Below are positions 7,457 to 16,187 of a stretch of DNA of 37,823 nt, one piece after another. How positions within the stretch are numbered: position 1 is the stretch's first letter; the number at the start of each line of letters is the position of its first letter. The translations under genes were made by a program, and so were the position numbers. The DNA comes from Candidatus Stahliibacteriota bacterium (GTDB taxonomy: Bacteria > Hydrothermota > UBA3073): positions 1 through 37,823 of the forward strand of contig DAOUSS010000002.1 in the NCBI GenBank assembly GCA_030627085.1, in the 5' to 3' direction. A model generated the notes under the pieces. That model was not told the DNA's origin, made no database searches, and worked only from the letters and a program-made list of their open reading frames with translations.

Positions 7457-9130
7457 ATGGCTCTTGTGGAATGTGTTCCGAATTTTTCTGAAGGAAGAAA
7501 TAGAAATGTAATAAAGGCGATCACTGACGAGATTGAGTCTGTAGAAGGAGCTACGCTTTTAGATGTTGATCCCGGTAAGGCAACAAACAGGACAGTTGTA
7601 ACATTTGCTGGAACACCGGAGGCAGTGGTTGAGGCAGCATTTCAAGCAATAAAGAAGGCAAAAGAGCTTATAGATATGTCAGGGCATATGGGTGAACATC
7701 CAAGAATGGGTGCAACAGATGTATGCCCGCTCGTGCCAATATCGGGTATAACTATAGAGGAGTGCGTTGAACTTGCACATAAACTCGCAAAAAGAGTGGG
7801 TGAAGAACTGGAGATACCCGTATACCTCTACGAATATGCAGCGACATCTCCCCAGAGGAAAAGCCTTGCAGACATAAGAAAAGGAGAATACGAAGGCCTC
7901 AAAGACAAACTTAAGGACCCAAACTGGGTACCGGATTACGGACCTGCAGGCTTTGATAAAAAGGCAGGTGCAACTGTTATAGGAGTAAGAGAATTTTTAA
8001 TAGCATACAATGTAAACCTTAATACAAGGGACAGAAAACTTGCACAGAAGATTGCCCTCAACATTCGTGAAAGTGGGAGAGCAAAGAGGGATGAAGAGGG
8101 AAGGATTTTAAGAGACGAAAACGGTACGATTATAAAGACAAAAGGGAATCTTAAGTGCGTAAGGGCAGTAGGGTGGTATATTGACGAGTATAATATGGCA
8201 CAGGTATCTATCAACCTTACAAATTACAAGGTAACTCCACTCTATCGCGTGTTTGATGAGTGTTGTAAGGAAGCAGCGAAACTGGGGCTGAGGGTAACCG
8301 GAAGTGAAGTTGTCGGGCTTATTCCAAAGGACGCACTACTTGAGACAGGGAGACACTATCTATTAAAACAGGGGAAAACCGCAGGTGTTCCTGAAAAGGA
8401 GCTTATAAGGGTTGCTGTCCAGACACTTGGACTATCCGAGCTAAAACCATTTATTCCAGATAAAAAGATAATCGAATACAGGGTAGAGAAGCAGAAATCT
8501 CTTCTCCAGATGACCGCAAGGGATTTTATAGATGAGGTATCTATGGACTCTCCTGCTCCCGGGGGTGGCAGTGTATCAGCTCTCTCAGGCGCTCTTGGAG
8601 GCGCCCTCCTGTCAATGGTATGCAGTCTCACGGTTGGCAAAAAGGGATACGAGAATGTATGGAAAGCAGTCAAGGAGATGGGAGAAAATGTACAAAAATT
8701 GAAGGATGAACTTATAAGACTTGTGGATGATGACACAGAAGCATTTAATGGGATAATAACTGCGATAAAACTTCCTAAAAAGACAGAAGAGGATAAGAAA
8801 AAAAGAGATGAGGCAGTAGAAGAGGCAACAAAGAGAGCAATTCTCGTTCCTCTGAGAGTTATGCGAGAGGGCAAAAAGATACTTGAACTGTTGAAGGAGG
8901 CTGCAAGTATATGTAATGTGAATGCAATATCAGATATTGCAGTAGGTGCACTTGAGGCGGAAACTGCGGTCAGAGGAGCAGGATTGAATGTGGATATAAA
9001 CATCCCAAATGTAAGAGATGAGAAATTTAAGAAAGATGTAGTAAATGAAAGGGAAGAGATAGAAAAAGAGGCAGTTAAGATGAGAAAAGAGATAGAGAGG
9101 GTAGCGAAAGGGAGGATGATGGGGAAGTGA
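7457..9130 (+). CDS. ftcD: Bifunctional glutamate formimidoyltransferase / formimidoyl-THF cyclodeaminase
   Basis: N-terminal MALVECVPNFSEGRN.. transferase domain and C-terminal cyclodeaminase domain (DSPAPGGGSVSALSGALGG). ATG 7457 is preferred over TTG 7442 because GGGGG lies 4 nt upstream. Confidence 0.9.
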   Translation: MALVECVPNFSEGRNRNVIKAITDEIESVEGATLLDVDPGKATNRTVVTFAGTPEAVVEAAFQAIKKAKELIDMSGHMGEHPRMGATDVCPLVPISGITIEECVELAHKLAKRVGEELEIPVYLYEYAATSPQRKSLADIRKGEYEGLKDKLKDPNWVPDYGPAGFDKKAGATVIGVREFLIAYNVNLNTRDRKLAQKIALNIRESGRAKRDEEGRILRDENGTIIKTKGNLKCVRAVGWYIDEYNMAQVSINLTNYKVTPLYRVFDECCKEAAKLGLRVTGSEVVGLIPKDALLETGRHYLLKQGKTAGVPEKELIRVAVQTLGLSELKPFIPDKKIIEYRVEKQKSLLQMTARDFIDEVSMDSPAPGGGSVSALSGALGGALLSMVCSLTVGKKGYENVWKAVKEMGENVQKLKDELIRLVDDDTEAFNGIITAIKLPKKTEEDKKKRDEAVEEATKRAILVPLRVMREGKKILELLKEAASICNVNAISDIAVGALEAETAVRGAGLNVDINIPNVRDEKFKKDVVNEREEIEKEAVKMRKEIERVAKGRMMGK

Positions 9131-9135
9131 TGGAA

Positions 9136-9207
9136 ATAGTTTATTGGTTTAATAGTTTATTAGTTTAATAGTTTGTTAGTTTAATAGTTTATTAGTTTGT
9201 TAGTTGG
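9136..9207. repeat. C-free TAGTTTAT-type word array downstream of ftcD
   Basis: atagtttattggtttaatagtttattagtttaatagtttgttagtttaatagtttattagtttgttagttgg. 72 nt with no C. Confidence 0.8.
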
Positions 9208-9292
9208 TCAGGTTATTTGGAGTGACAGCGTTTACGTTTAAATTTGTTGAATCCATCGACCAATAAAAAAATACGAAATTGCAATTTTTTTC

Positions 9293-9321
9293 TTGACATT
9301 TCAAAAATTAAAGTGTATAAT
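9293..9321 (+). promoter_or_regulatory. Consensus sigma70 promoter
   Basis: TTGACA 9293-9298, 17-nt spacer, TATAAT 9316-9321, with an A/T-rich upstream region. Confidence 0.7.
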
Positions 9322-9322
9322 T

Positions 9323-9363
9323 TAGGTGTTAGGTGTCGGGTGATAGGTTCAAGGTGTTAGGTG
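9323..9363 (+). repeat. AGGTGTT word array (six SD-like words, period 7)
   Basis: AGGTG at 9324, 9331, 9352 and 9359. GGGTG at 9338. AGGTT at 9345. The array begins 2 nt after the -10 box. Confidence 0.8.
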
Positions 9364-9373
9364 AAAAATAACT

Positions 9374-9406
9374 CATTTTGATTTTTAATCTTTGATTTTT
9401 AATTTT
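9374..9406 (+). repeat. T-rich TTTTGAT leader module, third copy
   Basis: cattttgatttttaatctttgatttttaatttt, followed by accaGGGGG. Confidence 0.7.
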
Positions 9407-9513
9407 ACCAGGGGGTGCCTATAGGGAATTAGGGTATGCGGCCTGGTATAAAACTATTGTAACTGTCAATTTTGGCGTATGCCCTCATACTCCTGCAGGT
9501 ATAATGAATAAGC

Positions 9514-9538
9514 GCCAGGTCTCGTCCTGGCTTTTTTT
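9514..9538 (+). terminator. Rho-independent terminator
   Basis: GCCAGG (9514-9519), loop TCTCGT, CCTGGC (9526-9531), then T7 (9532-9538). It ends 27 nt before the murJ-like start. Confidence 0.75.
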
Positions 9539-9565
9539 ATAGAATAATGCGTTCGTAGGAGGAAT

Positions 9566-11098
9566 TTGGAAAGATTGCAGATAGAGTCTAAAGATAGAGG
9601 ATTGGCGAATGCTACATTCTGTGTAGTTTTTGCCAATGCCGTCTTTTTTCTCCTTAACTTTGGAAAAGGTGTCTTAATAGCCAATTACATTGGAGCAGGA
9701 ACAGATATGGATGCATATCTTGCGGTCGAATCCATCCCTGCTATTTTAATCGCTCTTCTTTCGGGGGCGCTTATTGCGGGTGTCATTCCTGAATTATCAA
9801 AGATAAAGAATTCAAAAGAAGGGTTGAATTTGTCCAACTCCATCTTGAACATAACTATAATCAGCGCATCTTTCATGGTGTTTATATTGATAATCTCCTC
9901 CCGTTTCATTATCCCTACCTTCTTTGAGTTAGAGAATTCAAAGATAGCGATAAAATTAAGTTATTTCTTATTTCCATTTCTGATAACAGGACTCGCGTTT
10001 AGTGTACTTAAAAGTATTGCAAACACACACAAAATCTTTCTGCTCCCTGCCCTGTCCCCTTCAATATATATTCTCATCATTATTCTATGCGTTATATTAC
10101 TCTCTCAAAGATTGGGAGTTATTAGTCTTGGCATCGGCGTCCTCGTTGGTTCCATTCTACAGGTATTATTCATATTTTCTGAGCTAAAAAAACATGGATT
10201 TCGTTATAAACCTTATGTGGACTTTCATAATCCTCACCTTTCTAAAACCGCCAGAATGACTGCGCCTTTGGTTGTTGGTTCTGCCCTTGCAAATTTCAAT
10301 GTTTTTGTAGACAGAGTAATGGCATCAAGGCTGTCTGCAGGTAGTGTTTCAGCACTCCATTACGGTTATATCCCTCTCACATTTGTTCTTAGCTTCTTCA
10401 CGGTAGCGATCTCAACCAGTATATTGCCCTATTTTAGTGAGTATGCAGCATCCAATAATATTAAGAAAATCAAGAGCACATTTATGTCAGGGGTAAATCT
10501 TTCTATATTTATTACATTGCCGGTAGCGGTATTGTTTTGGTCGATTGCTACTCCTCTTGTTAAGATCGTTCTTGAGAGAGGAGCATTTACTTCAAACAAT
10601 ACTGCGGCGGTCTCAACGGCACTTAGACTCTATGCTCTGGGGCTTCCCTTTATAGCAATTAATGCTATCATCGTAAGAGTTTACCATGCTCTTCAAAAAA
10701 ATATAGTGATAATGTTAGTTGCTATACCGTATGTTGTATTCAATATTCTCTTCAACTGGATTTTGTCAAAACCCCTTGGACATGGAGGAATTGCTCTTTC
10801 CACCTCGATTGATTATTTTATTGTCGTATCTATCCTGTTTGTTATATTAAACAGTCAGATCGGGGGCTTATTTGCAAAAAGACATCTGATTTCTTGCTGT
10901 AAAACTATCTTATGCACCTGTATTATGGCATTCTCCATTTATGCCTTTCTCTATTATTCTAAAGAATTTGCCATAGTTACCAGTTTATTATCATCAATAA
11001 TTATTGGTCTGGCGATATATTGGTTGACTGCGTTACTCATCAGACACGGAGAGATAAAAAATCTTTGTAATATATCCAGAAAAATACTCAACAGATAG
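9566..11098 (+). CDS. murJ: MurJ/MviN-family (MOP superfamily) lipid-linked oligosaccharide flippase
   Basis: 510 aa and polytopic (~14 TM). N-terminal GAGTDMDAYLAVESIPAIL resembles the MurJ signature. TTG start lies only 3 nt after AGGAGG, so the start is uncertain. As the first gene of the polysaccharide locus it could act as a Wzx-type flippase. Confidence 0.7.
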   Translation: MERLQIESKDRGLANATFCVVFANAVFFLLNFGKGVLIANYIGAGTDMDAYLAVESIPAILIALLSGALIAGVIPELSKIKNSKEGLNLSNSILNITIISASFMVFILIISSRFIIPTFFELENSKIAIKLSYFLFPFLITGLAFSVLKSIANTHKIFLLPALSPSIYILIIILCVILLSQRLGVISLGIGVLVGSILQVLFIFSELKKHGFRYKPYVDFHNPHLSKTARMTAPLVVGSALANFNVFVDRVMASRLSAGSVSALHYGYIPLTFVLSFFTVAISTSILPYFSEYAASNNIKKIKSTFMSGVNLSIFITLPVAVLFWSIATPLVKIVLERGAFTSNNTAAVSTALRLYALGLPFIAINAIIVRVYHALQKNIVIMLVAIPYVVFNILFNWILSKPLGHGGIALSTSIDYFIVVSILFVILNSQIGGLFAKRHLISCCKTILCTCIMAFSIYAFLYYSKEFAIVTSLLSSIIIGLAIYWLTALLIRHGEIKNLCNISRKILNR

Positions 11099-11101
11099 AT
11101 T

Positions 11102-12298
11102 ATGGAAATTGCATTAGTTCCGCTATTTGCTGCTATTGCTTACTTTGGCATCCTCATTCCGGGGGTAAGTCTTGCTGTCACATTATTTGCTGCCTATTCT
11201 CATATCAGTATATTCATAGGACCTGTCTTCTTGCCATTGGTTGCTATTACATTGGCAAGTTTTATCTTATATAAGTTATTTAAAAGAGACTTAACTATTG
11301 CCTATCTACCCGTAAATAAATTTATATTTCTCTTTATTGCTACTATCTTTTTCTCTCTATTCTTCACACAGGACTGGGAGAGAGCGATCTACGATCTTTT
11401 TATTTTCTTAAAATCGTTGGTCCTCTTCTTTCTGATTGTCAATATTGCTAAAGACGAAAATACTATAATTCATCTTATTGAAACGGTCGTAGTTGCTGTT
11501 TTATGCGGCTCAATTATTGCATTAAGTGAGTATCATACTACCATCCATGTATTTCTATTTAGTGGGCGCACGGGTAGTGTGCTTGAGGATCCTAATTTTT
11601 TTGCTTCAATGTTGGTATCAGTTTTGCCTTTCTCTATTTTCCTCTTTAAGAGAGAAAGAAATCTGTATTTAAAATCGTTTTGGGGTGTCTGCTCCGTTTT
11701 TCAGCTCTTTTCAATAGTTCCTACCTTCTCGAGGGGAGGGATAATTGGACTAGTTGTAATACTCTTTCTTGTTGTACTACATGAAAGAAAGAATAAGTGG
11801 ACTTGGATAGTGCTCCCATTAGTTATCTTAGTCTTTGCTATAGTTGTTCCATTCGACTTTTGGATAAGAATTATGACCTTAATAAATACACAGTATGACA
11901 AAGCTATCGGTCACAGACTCCTTCTTATGAAGTCCGGAATAAAAGTATTCTCCCAATACCCAATAATAGGAGTTGGGACAGGTGATTTTATAAACGCCAT
12001 ATCAAGATATATGAATCATCCAATGGTTGCGCATAATATGTATCTACATGTTTTTGTGGAGACAGGTATTATTGGAGGCACGTTCTTTCTTTGTATACTT
12101 GGAAATGTGCTTTGGAGTCTCCACAGAGCAAAACAGATAAGTGACCTGGCTGCTTATATGGAAATCTCCCTAATAGGATTGTTTGTAACGGCCTTCTTTC
12201 TCTCTATACACTTTCATTTTTGGGTATGGGCACTCCTTGGGATTGTATCGGCATTCTTGAGGATTAAATTATGGCGGAGACCTTACTGGTTATATTAA
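11102..12298 (+). CDS. O-antigen ligase / Wzy-like polymerase family membrane protein
   Basis: 398 aa and multi-TM. Wzy_C-like motifs PTFSRGGIIGLVV and AHNMYLHVFVETGIIGG. Starts 3 nt after the flippase stop. Confidence 0.8.
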   Translation: MEIALVPLFAAIAYFGILIPGVSLAVTLFAAYSHISIFIGPVFLPLVAITLASFILYKLFKRDLTIAYLPVNKFIFLFIATIFFSLFFTQDWERAIYDLFIFLKSLVLFFLIVNIAKDENTIIHLIETVVVAVLCGSIIALSEYHTTIHVFLFSGRTGSVLEDPNFFASMLVSVLPFSIFLFKRERNLYLKSFWGVCSVFQLFSIVPTFSRGGIIGLVVILFLVVLHERKNKWTWIVLPLVILVFAIVVPFDFWIRIMTLINTQYDKAIGHRLLLMKSGIKVFSQYPIIGVGTGDFINAISRYMNHPMVAHNMYLHVFVETGIIGGTFFLCILGNVLWSLHRAKQISDLAAYMEISLIGLFVTAFFLSIHFHFWVWALLGIVSAFLRIKLWRRPYWLY

Positions 12299-13959
12299 TA
12301 ATATTCGGGAAATCGATACAGAATCTATGTCTTTGCTACTCTCCTTTACAGGATTATAAACTCATAGGAGATAAGTTTGACCTTGTTATTGCAGACCCAC
12401 CATCGAAGCAAATTGTGGACAGTATACGGAAATATAATTCCTCATTACCAATACTTGGATATAGAGATTTAATCGCAATGCATTCCTGTTATGAAGACTG
12501 GAATAAATGCAACTTGAAAGAATTCGCGTTTCTTCATAGTACTGACCCTGCGGGTGTTAGTGTAATTTCGTGTAATGATAGTTGCATAATCAATTGGGAG
12601 GAGGATTGGAGGGATATAGTAATAGGCTATAATTTATACAAATCAGTATACCCTGACAGCAATTTAGTAAGGGTTAACAGAGATATTATTACCAGTACAA
12701 GTTATGTGGACAAAGAGTTCAAACCTCCTCAATACTACTTAATCAAATCTGTTACAGATTCTTACGGTGAGGTAGATTTTTCAATTGTCAAGTGTGTAGA
12801 TGCCAAAACGAAGCCTATAATGCTTACCAACCAGGATTACAAAATCTTAGATATAGATACTGTGGATGACAGCATAAGTTTCAGCATCTATCTGAGCATC
12901 AAAAAATTTGGAAATACAAAGCCTGATAGTGCACTTGTGCACTTATACTTAAATCGCGGATGGTTTAATTTTGTTGATTATTCATTTATCATGACTTCAA
13001 TAGATAATAGAAAGTATACTTGCACCACCAATATAACACTTCCAACATCATATAAAGCCGGCATATCATACTATTTCCAGTTTATAAAAGATACCACCAT
13101 CTTCAGGTTACCTGCTGAGGACTTCACTTATTATACGACAAACCCAAATAATAGATTGAAAAATCCTAATTATGGCTGGTATGCAATGGATGTCACAAGT
13201 CCAGATTGGATATCACATTATGTCTCACAATGCAAAATTATACTATCTATGGGTATGGATGGCATATTTGCTGACGATGCCGCAAGGGATATACTATGGC
13301 GTTTGGATTGCAAACCTCTTGGATATAAAGAAAAAACTTGGATAGACGGGATGAATAGAATGATTTCGTTTGTACGGAAGACTATATATCCTCAAATACT
13401 TATATTCAATGGACTAAGAGACGACCTTATATTTCTTGAATCCGCCGACGGAGGAGTGATTGAACACTTCGTACATACAAACTCCGGATACCTATCAAAA
13501 AAGAATTGGGAAAGACAGATCAATACAATGCTAAAAAGCCCTCCCGGGAAAAAAATACTTGTAATTTCCAGGGGAAAGGAAGAAGACGCATCTGCAAGAA
13601 TTTTCTCCATTGCATCATATCTACTTGGTAACTCGAAAGATTCCTACTACTGCTACGCTGAAAATTACGATAGGATGGAGTACTACCCTGAATATGAGAT
13701 TGATATCGGATATCCGTTGAGTGAAAAATCAACTTTATTGGCGCTCTTTGACAAAAAAACAGGTATCTATAAGCGATATTTTTCTAATGGTATTGTTTTA
13801 GTAAATCCAGATGCCTTAAATTCCAAAGCATTTAAATTTGATGATACCTTGCATCATGTAGTACTCCATGAAAACACGTGCAAATATATCCCAATTGCTA
13901 ATTCTTTATCTCTCTCTTCCAAAAGCGGTGCAATTCTATTATATGAAAAAAAGAATTAA
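12271..13959 (+). CDS. Hypothetical protein, putative TIM-barrel glycoside-hydrolase-like enzyme (GH114/PelA/GHL-like) with an Fn3-like segment
   Basis: 562 aa. MDGIFADDA and GGVIEHF segments resemble the DG(V/I)F(L/A)D core of GH114/GHL families. GYNLYKS..TSYVD looks Fn3-like. Overlaps both neighbouring genes. The family call is from memory and was not searched. Confidence 0.45.
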   Translation: MAETLLVILIIFGKSIQNLCLCYSPLQDYKLIGDKFDLVIADPPSKQIVDSIRKYNSSLPILGYRDLIAMHSCYEDWNKCNLKEFAFLHSTDPAGVSVISCNDSCIINWEEDWRDIVIGYNLYKSVYPDSNLVRVNRDIITSTSYVDKEFKPPQYYLIKSVTDSYGEVDFSIVKCVDAKTKPIMLTNQDYKILDIDTVDDSISFSIYLSIKKFGNTKPDSALVHLYLNRGWFNFVDYSFIMTSIDNRKYTCTTNITLPTSYKAGISYYFQFIKDTTIFRLPAEDFTYYTTNPNNRLKNPNYGWYAMDVTSPDWISHYVSQCKIILSMGMDGIFADDAARDILWRLDCKPLGYKEKTWIDGMNRMISFVRKTIYPQILIFNGLRDDLIFLESADGGVIEHFVHTNSGYLSKKNWERQINTMLKSPPGKKILVISRGKEEDASARIFSIASYLLGNSKDSYYCYAENYDRMEYYPEYEIDIGYPLSEKSTLLALFDKKTGIYKRYFSNGIVLVNPDALNSKAFKFDDTLHHVVLHENTCKYIPIANSLSLSSKSGAILLYEKKN

Positions 13960-15058
13960 GGTACTTCAAATTGTTAAAACACTCGATGTCCTTGGGGGAG
14001 CAGAAAGGATGGCTTATTGTATTGCAAAAGGTTTGGATAAAAAGCGGTTCAATATCACAGTATGTTCTCTTAAAAGGTTCTCGTCTCCAATTTTGAAAGA
14101 AATGGAAGAAAACGATGTCAAAGTGTATTTTATTAAGAATAAAAAGAAACTGAGTATGAGCTTTTACAACGACCTCCTTTCTGTTATAAGGACGGTCAAA
14201 CCAGATATTATACATACACACAATTTTTACCCAAATATGTACGGCAGATTACTTGGGAAAATGATGCCCAGGGCGAAAATTGCAATACACGAGCATGGAA
14301 CCGCGTATCTTAAAACAAGAAAGGAAAGATTTATAGATAAATGCCTTATTGGTTTTACGGATATGGTACTGGCAGTCTCAATGAGCGTCGTCAACTCATT
14401 AGTTGATATAGAAGGTATACCTCCATCTAAAATCACACTCCTTCCAAATGGCGTTGATTTAAATGAATTCAATCCAGCAAATATTCATACAAATGACATA
14501 AAAAAGTCCCTCGGTATACCTTCCTCCTCTAAGATCGTTGGAATGGTTGCTCGACTCCATAAGCATAAAGACCATGAAACCCTACTTTATGCTATGTCCG
14601 ATATTATCAAAAATGAACCTGAAACAACCCTAGTTTTAGTGGGTGATGGTCCTGAAAAGAAGAAATTACAAAAGCTGTCGGAAAAACTTACAATTTCAAA
14701 AAATGTGATATTTACAGGGTACAGAAAGGATGTTCCAGAATTAACCTCTTTGTTCGATATCGCAGTATTATCTTCAAAGACAGAGGGGTTTGGAATCAGT
14801 CTGCTTGAGGCTATGGCTATGGAAAAACCTGTAGTAGCAACTTCAACTGGAGGAACTGTAGATATTGTAGCTGATGGTGTCAATGGGTTTCTCGTACCGC
14901 CCTGCGATACAGCCTCTCTAAAGGAAACAATAATAAAGATCCTTAAGGATGAAAGCCTCGCACGTAGATTCGGGCTTATGGGCAGAAGAATTGTAGAGGA
15001 AAAATTCAGTATGGATAAAACCATACAAAACTTGGAGTATATTTATGAAACGCTGTAA
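13943..15058 (+). CDS. GT4-family glycosyltransferase
   Basis: MKKRIKVLQIVKTLDVLGGAERM N-terminus and EX7E region EGFGISLLEAMAMEKPVV. ATG 13943 is preferred over the extended start at 13868. Confidence 0.9.
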   Translation: MKKRIKVLQIVKTLDVLGGAERMAYCIAKGLDKKRFNITVCSLKRFSSPILKEMEENDVKVYFIKNKKKLSMSFYNDLLSVIRTVKPDIIHTHNFYPNMYGRLLGKMMPRAKIAIHEHGTAYLKTRKERFIDKCLIGFTDMVLAVSMSVVNSLVDIEGIPPSKITLLPNGVDLNEFNPANIHTNDIKKSLGIPSSSKIVGMVARLHKHKDHETLLYAMSDIIKNEPETTLVLVGDGPEKKKLQKLSEKLTISKNVIFTGYRKDVPELTSLFDIAVLSSKTEGFGISLLEAMAMEKPVVATSTGGTVDIVADGVNGFLVPPCDTASLKETIIKILKDESLARRFGLMGRRIVEEKFSMDKTIQNLEYIYETL

Positions 15059-16187
15059 ACTTGACCAAAGTCTATTTGGACGATGCATAAGAGGGTTTTA
15101 CAAAATAAAAAACACTGCCTACAGCCTATTTGAGAAGAAGAGACCAGTCAATAATGAGAGAAACATTTCTTTGAGCGAGATGACCATCGTGGTAGAAAAC
15201 TTCATCGAGTTTAGGTCATCTAATTTTCATATTTCTACAGGACAAAAATGCGCTAGATATAGCACTCATCTACATTCAAACAGGTCTTATATAACTCTGG
15301 CACAGGAGAGACTTGTAATGAGTTATATCAATCTCTACAGAAAAAAGCATAAAAATGGCTATCTAAACAGAGCAATAGCAATAGGGCGATACATAGAAAG
15401 GAGCATGGCGCCGGAGGGTATTATTCCTTTTCATAAGCCCTTTTTTTATCCTCAAGATGAAGGAGTAAGTACTTATTGGGCAATTCCTTGCTTTACAGAA
15501 CTTTTTAATGAAACATCAAATAGTGACTTTTTAAGAGATGCTATCGAGTTGGGAGAAGGAGGCAGAAATCTATTGTTCGGGGATAAGTATGGATATACTC
15601 ATACACTGGGGCAAAAAATTTGGTGTCCAAATGTAAGCGCGATAGCCGCCTATGCCTATAAAAGTCTTTACGAAGCTACTGGTAACCAGAAATATTTGCG
15701 CTGGGCAAGAGATGGACTTAAATTTTCAGCGGACAAGATGAAAAAAACAGGACTTTTCCCCTATTCAGAAACAAGACCTACACTTTATATGTCCATCTAT
15801 CAAGCTATAACAATGGCTTTGTTAATGCCCTTCCTTAAGGATTCTCTGGGCAGTGAATTCAATGTTTCTGATAGATTGAGGAGGGCCTGCGCCTTTTTGA
15901 AGACTTTGATTCGCGAGGACGGTTCTGTAATGGAGCCTGAAATGACATGCTACGCCTACTTACCCAGTATGGTGGCTACCCTTGCTGTTCTGAAATACAT
16001 CGGAGAGAAAGAATACTTTGTGAGAGTTTTTAATTTTATGAAGGTTTTTTTTCAGACGAAAGCGCCGTTTCTCTATATCTCCTTTGATAAAAAACTCTAC
16101 AATGGATCTATGATAGATTTCCATGATGTTATTATGACGGAAGTGTTATACTGGCTTACAACCATAGTGGACAATAATGGAGTATAA
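15045..16187 (+). CDS. Hypothetical protein (possible alpha/alpha-barrel polysaccharide-modifying enzyme)
   Basis: 380-aa ORF, translationally coupled on both sides by 14-nt and 11-nt overlaps inside the GT cluster. I recognise no motif. The helical-repeat impression is weak. Confidence 0.6.
   Translation: MKRCKLDQSLFGRCIRGFYKIKNTAYSLFEKKRPVNNERNISLSEMTIVVENFIEFRSSNFHISTGQKCARYSTHLHSNRSYITLAQERLVMSYINLYRKKHKNGYLNRAIAIGRYIERSMAPEGIIPFHKPFFYPQDEGVSTYWAIPCFTELFNETSNSDFLRDAIELGEGGRNLLFGDKYGYTHTLGQKIWCPNVSAIAAYAYKSLYEATGNQKYLRWARDGLKFSADKMKKTGLFPYSETRPTLYMSIYQAITMALLMPFLKDSLGSEFNVSDRLRRACAFLKTLIREDGSVMEPEMTCYAYLPSMVATLAVLKYIGEKEYFVRVFNFMKVFFQTKAPFLYISFDKKLYNGSMIDFHDVIMTEVLYWLTTIVDNNGV

Larger units (their letters stand above)
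9328..9538 (+). ncRNA. Candidate non-coding transcript (5' leader/attenuator of the polysaccharide locus, or an sRNA), unclassified
   Basis: Bounded by the consensus promoter and an intrinsic terminator. It has no credible ORF and contains word arrays and several hairpins. The TSS position is only inferred. Confidence 0.4.

Noticed and set aside
8356-9003. 215-aa ORF antisense to ftcD (also 7936-8214)
   Set aside because: It is a shadow ORF inside a well-supported CDS, with S/F/L-rich low complexity.
9499-9504. Internal TATAAT as a separate murJ promoter
   Set aside because: The best -35 (TTGGCG, 9472-9477) is 21 nt away. A transcript starting there would still begin at the terminator hairpin.
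9466-9684. 72-aa minus-strand ORF spanning the candidate leader RNA and the murJ-like start
   Set aside because: It runs antisense through the terminator hairpin and the murJ-like RBS. It has no SD and a basic low-complexity sequence. The plus-strand promoter and terminator explain the region better.
12385-12420. FDLVIADPPSK resembling DNA methyltransferase motif IV (DPPY)
   Set aside because: The aromatic residue is Ser. No SAM-binding FxGxG motif occurs anywhere in the protein, and the context is a polysaccharide locus. It is most likely a coincidence.
13868-13942. N-terminal extensions in the ORF track (13868, 17411, 22929, 2657, 3490, 7442, 33853)
   Set aside because: The extensions cross the upstream gene end or a promoter and start at TTG or GTG. 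Internal ATGs give canonical N-termini (GT4 MKKRIKVLQIV, a signal peptide, MEKKK..) with an SD-like G-run at the right distance.
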